A DNA stretch of 64,000 nt, taken from Eledone cirrhosa (Eukaryota). The stretch spans positions 26,226,001 to 26,290,000 of the forward strand of contig OZ024753.1 of NCBI GenBank assembly GCA_964016885.1. The letters run 5' to 3'. This document shows, one piece after another, positions 55,008-64,000 of the stretch. The position numbers were made by a program, and so were the translations under genes. The notes below the pieces were generated by a model. It was not told the origin of the DNA, did no database searches, and was given only the letters and a program-made list of their open reading frames with translations. The first letter of the stretch is position 1; every line of letters starts with the position of its first letter.

Positions 55008-55804
55008 AGCTTTAGAGAAATGCATTGAGCAGCGCATGGACTTATACCAAGTTTTTGTCGATCTGACTAAGGCATTTGACACCGTTAATCGAAAGGCTTT
55101 GTCGGTTATTTTGGAGAGATTGTGCTGTCCTGAAAAGTTTGTGAACATTCTGAAACTCATCCATGATGATATGCAGGCATGGGTGAATGTTGGAAGTAAA
55201 CTGTCTGAGCCAATCTCGGTTGAAAATGGTGTCAAGAAGGGTGATATACCTGCACCAACTTTGTTTACCTTGTATTTCGCAATGGTGTTCTTCATGGTCT
55301 TCAAGGATTGTCAACACAGTATCTATCTCAGATATCGCACTTCCGGCAAGCTGTTTAACCATAGGCATCTCATTGCCAACACTAAGGTACTGAGTACGTT
55401 GATCAGGGAATTTTTATATGCAGATGATTGTGATCTCTTTGCACACTCCCAGAGTGACGTAAAACACCTTATGAATTCTTTTTCCAATGCGTGCAGTGCT
55501 TTGGGACTGACAATCAGTCTGAAGAAGACTGCCGTCATGTACCAACCTGCTCCGGATAAATTTTTCCATGAACCATCCATACACGTATAGGGTCAAAATT
55601 TGAAGGCTGCTGACACATTTGTGTATTTGGGGAGTACTCTGAGTGTGACCTGCTCTCTGGATGCAGAAGTTGGTCTACGTGTTAGTAAGGCAAGTAAGTC
55701 ATTTAGAAGGCTCAACGACCGTCTTTGGTGCAGGCAAGGAATCACAATGAGGACCAAGGTGAGAGTGTATGCTGCATGTGTACTGTCAGCTTTGCTGTAT
55801 GCTG
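55008..55804 (+). mobile_element. RTE-clade (BovB-like) LINE RT fragment
   Basis: DLYQVFVDLTKAFDTVNR..GVKKGDIPAPTLF..FLYADDC..GLTISLKKT..FVYLGSTLS. Same family as 62702-63757. Confidence 0.9.
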
Positions 55805-55989
55805 CTGCCGGATCTCACCCTTGCCATGACCCGAGGTAACTAGTGATGCTCGTGAGGGCGCTTGGCTGTTGCAGGACCTCTGTCTCGCCATCACCTGAGG
55901 TAACTAGTAATGCTCCTCGTGCGGGCGCTTGGCTGTTTCCGTATGTATGTATACACATATATGTGTGTATATATACACATATATGTATG

Positions 55990-56355
55990 AAGGAAAACTC
56001 TGATATAACACCTGCAACCCTGATGGTATCCAATGATGTTGGCTTGTTCTTCTTTTTGGTAAATATCATCTTGGGTAAGAGAGTGGGACTGGCTTTGTGC
56101 AGTGCCTTTGCTCACTATAAAAGCTTCACGGCACAGGTATTGCTTTATATCTGGAGATCTCTCTGCACTTGTCATCACATGGTACCATGGGCCCAGCCCT
56201 ATGTGTCAGTAATTGTCACAAGTGTAGTGTTTGTACCAGAGTTTTCAAGTCGCTGGCTGGACTAAAAAGTCACACTCGTTCAGCGCATCGGTAGGGGTTC
56301 TCCTACATGGATATAATGTAGTGGCCGTACTCGAAAACGAGTTGGCAGCCACCAT
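55990..56355 (+). mobile_element. Second (5'-truncated) copy of the short RTE derivative
   Basis: Near-identical to 43426-43783. Confidence 0.8.
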
Positions 56356-56614
56356 GTATGTATGTATGTATATTATATGTATTAACGTATGTATATATAC
56401 ATATACATACGTACATATATATATATACGTACATATATATATATATATATGTATAGTAACCTACATAGAGCACTCTTTTTTCCTGGACCTTTCCGACGGA
56501 ATTACTTCATTTATATGTATGTATATATAAATATATATTTATATATACATACTTACATACATACTACCTTAATTAAATCTTAACCATTTAACATCTCAGG
56601 GTATGTCATGTATC

Positions 56615-56677
56615 ATTATATTTTGTCTGATGAGGACGTGCTGTTGTACATCCGAAATATGTATAATAAAATGTAAT
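56615..56677 (+). ncRNA. Minimal type I hammerhead ribozyme
   Basis: ATTATATTTTGT-CTGATGA-GGAcGTGC-tgtt-GTACaTCC-GAAA-TATGTATA|ATAAAATGTAAT. 12-bp stem I including G-U pairs, AUA triplet. Confidence 0.7.
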
Positions 56678-57177
56678 TGGTCAAAAGAACATCTATTTTA
56701 TTAATATTTGTATTTTAATATTAATAACTCCGGAAAATTATTTTTTGTAGAGTGATTCAAATCTACTGTAAAACTCATTCTTTGACATACTCATTGAATA
56801 TTGTTTAACACTTTAATATATATATAGCGTTCCTTTGTCAGTGTTGAAGAAACGAGCAACGATGGTTGCTAGACACTACGGCTTAATACGGGATGTTTGT
56901 TTACAAACACACCGAGCATTATAATAAATATATATATGTGTGCATGTATGTATATATATATACATACTACTGTACGTCTGTATACATATATGTATGTACG
57001 TGTACATACTTATATTTAAGTAACAGCCGTACTAAGAGTGGGAAATGAAATTGCGTTTCATTTTTTCCGTTTATCGTTTTCGGTGCACCCGGCCGATTAA
57101 CCCACTCGATATGCAAATTGGGCTACTCAGCCGTTAATATGTATAAAGTAAGTATATACGTTCAACAATCTGGCAGG

Positions 57178-57232
57178 AAGGTATACGTTGCTGACGATAG
57201 CTAATAAGCTTGAAACTAGTACAGCGTTCCTT
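57178..57232 (+). ncRNA. Minimal type I hammerhead ribozyme (family R)
   Basis: Identical to 2789-2843. Confidence 0.8.
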
Positions 57233-57599
57233 TGTCAGTGTTGAACAAACGAGCAATGATGGTTGCTAGACACTACGGCTTAATACGGGATGTTTGTTTA
57301 CAAACACACCGAGCATTATAAGAAATGTTCGGTGAATCCATACGTACATATATATATGTGTGCATGTATGTATATATATATATACATACTACTGTACGTC
57401 TGTATACATATATGTATGTACGTGTACATACTTATATTTAAGTAACAGCCGTACTAAGAGTGGGAAATGAAATTGCGTTTCATTTTTTCTGTTTATCGTT
57501 TTCGGTGCACCCGGCCGATTAACCCACTCGATATGCAAATTGGGCTACTCAGCCGTTAATATGCATAAGGTAAGTATATACGTTCAACAATCTGGCAGG

Positions 57600-57654
57600 A
57601 AGGTATACGTTGCTGACGATAGCTAATAAGCTTGCAACTAGTACAGCGTTCCTT
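57600..57654 (+). ncRNA. Family R hammerhead with GAAA->GCAA lesion
   Basis: ..AGCTT-GCAA-CTAGTA|CAGCG; core mutated, likely inactive. Confidence 0.65.
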
Positions 57655-58010
57655 TGTCAGTGTTGAACAAACGAGCAACGATGGTTGCTAGACACTACGG
57701 CTTAATACGGGATGTTTGTTTACAAACACACCGAACATTATAAGAAATGTTCGGTGAATCCATACGTACATATATATATGTGTGCATGTATGTATATATA
57801 TATACATACTACTGTACGTCTGTATACATATATGTATGTACGTGTACATACTTATATTTAAGTAACAGCCGTACTAAAAGTGGGAAATGAAATTTCGTTT
57901 CATTTTTTCCGTTTATATATATATATATATAGTAATAATAATAAATTTGAAGACTAAAACCCAAAGAGAGCTCGATAAGGATAAATATATATCAGATATA
58001 TAAGAATCGT

Positions 58011-58065
58011 AGAGTTTCAGAAGAGCCCGTTAAGGGTGAAAGCAGCGATTCTTTGCTTAAACTTT
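58011..58065 (+). ncRNA. Hammerhead-like motif with CAGAAGA core (third copy)
   Basis: AGAGTTT-CAGAAGA-GCCC-gttaa-GGGT-GAAA-GCA..TGC-TT|AAACTTT. Confidence 0.55.
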
Positions 58066-58301
58066 AATCTGTTATTTTGTTAGACCTGTTTAGCTTGATT
58101 TGTTTTTTGGCTTAGGTGGTTAATGCCTTCTTAACCACTTTTTCAGTTTGTATGGCGTTTTAACTTATTGTTTAGCTCTAGTTTTTTAACTATTGAGGCT
58201 TGCCAGCATTTCTACGATTTTGCGTTTCGTTTCGCTTTTTCTACCAGCCGAAATACGATTCTCGCTGAATTATATTTATATATATATATATATTATATAT
58301 A

Positions 58302-61250
58302 TTACTCTTTTACCTGTTCCAGCCATCCGGCTGAGGCCATGCTGGGGCACCGCCCTTGTTGCTACACATTTTATCTCCAGCTTGTATTGGTTGGCCACTG
58401 GGAGTTTGTTGCTGCTGCCCTTAGGTTTACCTCGTGCCTTGCTGTGGGCTCATCCGGGATCCTGGATAGCAAGGTGTCGAGATGTTTCTTGAAGACATCC
58501 ACCTCCACACCATGTAGATCTCTCAGATCCATCAGCAGCTTGTTGAAGAGATGAGGACCTTTGAATCCCAGGCTATTGCAATATCTGCTCCTTATTCTAG
58601 ATGTGGAAGGCAGGACCTTTGGCACCACACAGTGACGTCCTGTTCGAACGTTGGTCCAGCTCCCAATGCCAAAGTTTGGTACTAGTCCCTCCAGGATTTT
58701 CCACATGTAGATCACTGCGTATCTCTCCCGTCTTCGTTCCAAGGAGTAGAGGTTCAGTTCTTTTAGCCTCTCCCAGTAGCTTATGTCCTTCATCGTGGCA
58801 ATCCTCTTGGTGTAGCTTCGCTGAACTGCCTCAAGCTCCGTGGTTAGTTTGACACTATGGGGTGACCACAACTGGGAGCAATAGTCCAGGCGGCTTAGGA
58901 CAAATGTCCTCCATAGTGTCAACATGGTGTCACGGTCTCTTGTCCGGAGAGTCGTCTGCACATTGTCGCCACTTTCAAGATGTGTGAGGAAAAAGATGCA
59001 TCATCGCTCATGTCTATACCCAGGTCTCGTATCGATTTTGACACGAGGATATCGGTCCATCCTGGTCCTGTGTAATTGTGTTGTACTATATTTGTGTTTG
59101 CAGGTTTGTTTGGAGGTTTGTATTGTAGGGCTTGGAATTTGCCAGCATTAAACTGCATGTTGTTTTCTTCCGCCCATTTGTATATGGCATCCACATCTTG
59201 TTGTAAAAGGGCAGCGTCCGCTGGATTTTTGATTGCCTGTGCTACCTTAGTGTCATCAGCATAGCTAGTGAGGGATGTTGTTGTATGTACTACAGAGGGC
59301 ATGTCTGAGAGAGCCACCAAAAACAGTAGTGGTCCCAGGACTGTCCCTTGGGGCACCCCACTTGTTATTGATGTTTCCTTTGAGAGGCCCCGTTTGCTGC
59401 GACTGTCTGGCTTCTGTCCTTTAAGAAGTTATGAAGCCTCTCACCTACTTTTCCAGTTATGCCGAGTTCGTGTAGTTTGTGACATATCATTCCGTGGTCG
59501 ACCTTGTCAAAGGCCTTCGCAAAGTCAAGATATATCACGTCCACATGTGAGCTGTCTAGCAGTTGTTTCAGTACCCAGTCGTAATGATGTAGCAGCTGTG
59601 AGCTGTGTAAGGCAGCTTCTTCCTGGGCGGAAGCCATGCTGCGTGCTAGTCAGGCGGTCATTTTCCTTGAGGAAAGTGATCAGTTACTTTCTGACGACTC
59701 GCTCCATGACCTTACTGATATGCGACATCAGGGAGACTGGCCTATAGTTTTTGGCCTCCGCTCTGCTACCTCCTTTATGGATAGGGCATATTGTGCCTTC
59801 TTTCAGCCTCCTGGGTAGTATACCGCTAGCCAAGGAGCTTCTGAAGAGCATCTTCAGTGGAGTTGCTAAGGCCCGCTTACATGTTTTTAAGAGGACTGCT
59901 GGGAATCCATCAGGTTCAGCAGCTGAGTCTGTTCTAATTTCATCTATGGCGTATACCACATCCTCCTCCGTTATGTCTATGTGGTTGATGGTCGCCGTTT
60001 CTTCATGTAGTGTTGTGGCATCAAAGAACTCCTCTGGCTTTGTTATTTGCATGTGCCTCAGTAGACATGTGAACACACTTTTGTACTGTTCGTTCAGTAT
60101 TTCACATATCTCTTGGGGATTGTCTGTTAATGAATCGTCTGTATGGAAGAGTGGCCCAATCTTGCAGTGTACCGAGGCAGTTTCTTTTGCAAATTTAAAG
60201 AAGGCTTTAGGGTTTGTTTTAATATTTTCTATGGCCCAGCTTTCTTTCTTTGCCCTCTCATTTTCATGAGAAAGTTTGAGTGCAATCTTGGTGTCAAGTA
60301 GTGCACGTTTCAAATAGGATTCCTTCTTGTTTTTGTTTTCTTGCTGTGCATTCAACTGGTTTGAGAGCTTGGTTCTACGTCTCATAAGGATTTTCCTATC
60401 TCTGGGAATAAGATGTTTGTGTTTCTTTGCCTTTTACTCTGGGACAAACTTTTTGCATATAGTGTGTATCGTTGTCATGAAGTGTTGAAATTGTGTGTTG
60501 GTGTCTCGTGTGGCGGTGTTTTCGCTCCATATTTGCTTCCGGATTTCTCTCTTAATCTTTTTCCAGTTAGCCTTGTAGAAGTTAAGGCTGGATAACGTCC
60601 CGATGCTTCTTGATGGTTGTGTCTCTGTTGGTTCTCTCGGACCACATATCATTAGTTCTACTAAGTTATGATCCGAGAGAATTGTTGGTGTCACCTTTGT
60701 GGATGAGCACTTCGTTGTTTGTAAAACAGAGGTCCAGGACATTTTCGGGAGGAGTACTGCTTGTTCCATGAACAGCCTATGTGTGAGGGCCAGCAGGGAT
60801 TCCGTCTGTCTCTGTTCTATTGACGTCATTCCAGGGAGGAGGTGGCCCTCAGGCCATTTGACCTTTGGCAGGTTGAAGTCTCCCAGCAGTAGAATGTTGA
60901 GACCCTGGTCCAGTTTGTCAAGGACCTCTTCTATCCTAATGAGGCTATCCTCAAATTTACCCTCATGACTGTGGGCATCAGGCAGCCGATATGTGACACA
61001 TATTACTGTCTTTAGTTGCTTCATATGTACTATCAGTGTGTCACAGACTGAGATTGAATGTGTCAATAGTACAATTGGTGAGACATCTTCACGGATATAC
61101 AGAGAAACCCCACCATGAGTTCTCTCCTTCCTGTCCGAACGAAATACAGTATATTTTGGTATATGTATTTCTGCATCTGCTATACTGCTTGTCAGGTGCG
61201 TTTCGGTTAGTGCCATCCATAATGCTTGATTGCTTATGGCTAAGACTCCC
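58302..61250 (-). mobile_element. CR1/L2-group LINE ORF2 (APE endonuclease plus RT), frameshifted, with 3' end
   Basis: LTETHL..RSDR..GGVSLYI..LLGDFNLP..SDHNLV; NYRPVSLMSHISKVMERVV; VIYLDFAKAFDKVDH; PQGTVLGPLLFL..YADDTK; LSRLDYCSQLWSP..LYSLERRR. Confidence 0.92.
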
Positions 61251-61960
<710 letters not shown>

Positions 61961-62560
61961 CCGTGTGATCTCGTTGATGATCATCCAGCTCTCGTTACAT
62001 TCAGACCTGTCAACCGCTCTCTCCACACTTCTGATCTTCTCTATCAGTGCCTCCTCTCTGGCGTCAGTATAAGTGGTACAGAGTTCTTCCCTCATCACCT
62101 CCACATTCTCCTTCCTTTCCTCCATAGGATCAGCATAAAATTGGTCCTTGGCAGCTTTCAGGTGTTCTCTGGCTGCAGACACTGTTGGGTCTGCAGAGCT
62201 GACATACTTCCTCTTGTTCTTTCTCCTCGGCAGCAGGGTCCCATTTGCTTCCACCACTGCATTGGTGAAGTACCCGTACCTCTTCGTCACAATCTCCACA
62301 CAGAGCACTGAACCTGCTGCTCACTTCTAATGTGAACCTCTCCTGTAGCTTATCTTCCTTGAAAGCTCACCAGTCATAGATTGCTCTCCGGAGCTGAGCC
62401 TTGCTCTTTCTTAAGCTCACCCGGACCTCACTCATAACAAGCCACTGCCCCAGTGTACTGAAATAGTTGTATCGTTCTGTGTTCAGAACACTATTCTGCC
62501 ACTTTTTTCCTCACCAGAATGAAATCAATCTGGGACTTGGACAGGTGCATATCTGAGATG
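61961..62560 (-). mobile_element. LINE fragment (RTE-like; end of APE endonuclease and linker)
   Basis: KSQIDFILVRK..WQNSVLN..YNYFSTLGS; ..ESWMIINEITRR. Confidence 0.7.
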
Positions 62561-62586
62561 TACATATACACTCTCACACATATACA

Positions 62587-63787
<1,201 letters not shown>

Positions 63788-64000
63788 CAAGCAGTTGTTA
63801 CGTAATTTGCATCCAGTGAATGCGCGTGTCGTATATGTCTTTTTTAGTCCCGTTAAGCTCATATGTGGGTCTGTCTGTCTGTGTGTGTGCGTGTGTGTCT
63901 GCCTGTCTGTGTGTATGTGTCTCTGTGTCTCTGTGAATGTGTGTGTGTGTGTGTGTATGTGTGTGTGTGTGTGTGTATATGTGTGTGTGTCCGTGTATGT

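Larger units (their letters stand above)
56826..57914 (+). repeat. ~2.6 tandem copies of the 422-bp family R monomer, inserted in (TA)n
   Basis: Units start at 56826, 57222 and 57644. ATGCAAAT at 57111 and 57533. TA repeats on both flanks. Confidence 0.93.

Overview
Repeat-dominated eukaryotic DNA. The dense (TA)n/(TATATG)n microsatellites, tRNA-derived SINEs and TTAGGG repeats suggest a cephalopod (Octopus-like) genome; this is inference. No intact multi-exon host gene is visible. A ~26.7-kb array of a 42/41-bp minisatellite (7035-33738) runs into a 200-N gap and appears to grow directly out of a decayed hAT transposase. The rest is nested retroelement debris: two clades of Penelope-like elements (GIY-YIG), RTE, CR1/L2-group and CRE-clade LINEs, SINEs, a DMAC2/ATP5SL-like retrocopy and an interstitial telomeric tract. 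The main hidden signal is RNA structure. About 17 complete or near-complete type I hammerhead ribozyme (HHR) motifs from about nine sequence families can be folded by hand, some with natural core variants (U3-A8, A4, C4). One group lies in non-coding ~420-470-bp tandem monomers (2761-3403, 44244-44803, 56826-57914). Each full monomer carries a minimal HHR with a palindromic ACUAGU stem III and an upstream ATGCAAAT octamer, and one array starts essentially at the ribozyme cleavage site. This looks like a retrozyme or newt satellite-2-like self-cleaving RNA family. All folds and family calls were made by eye; no searches were run.
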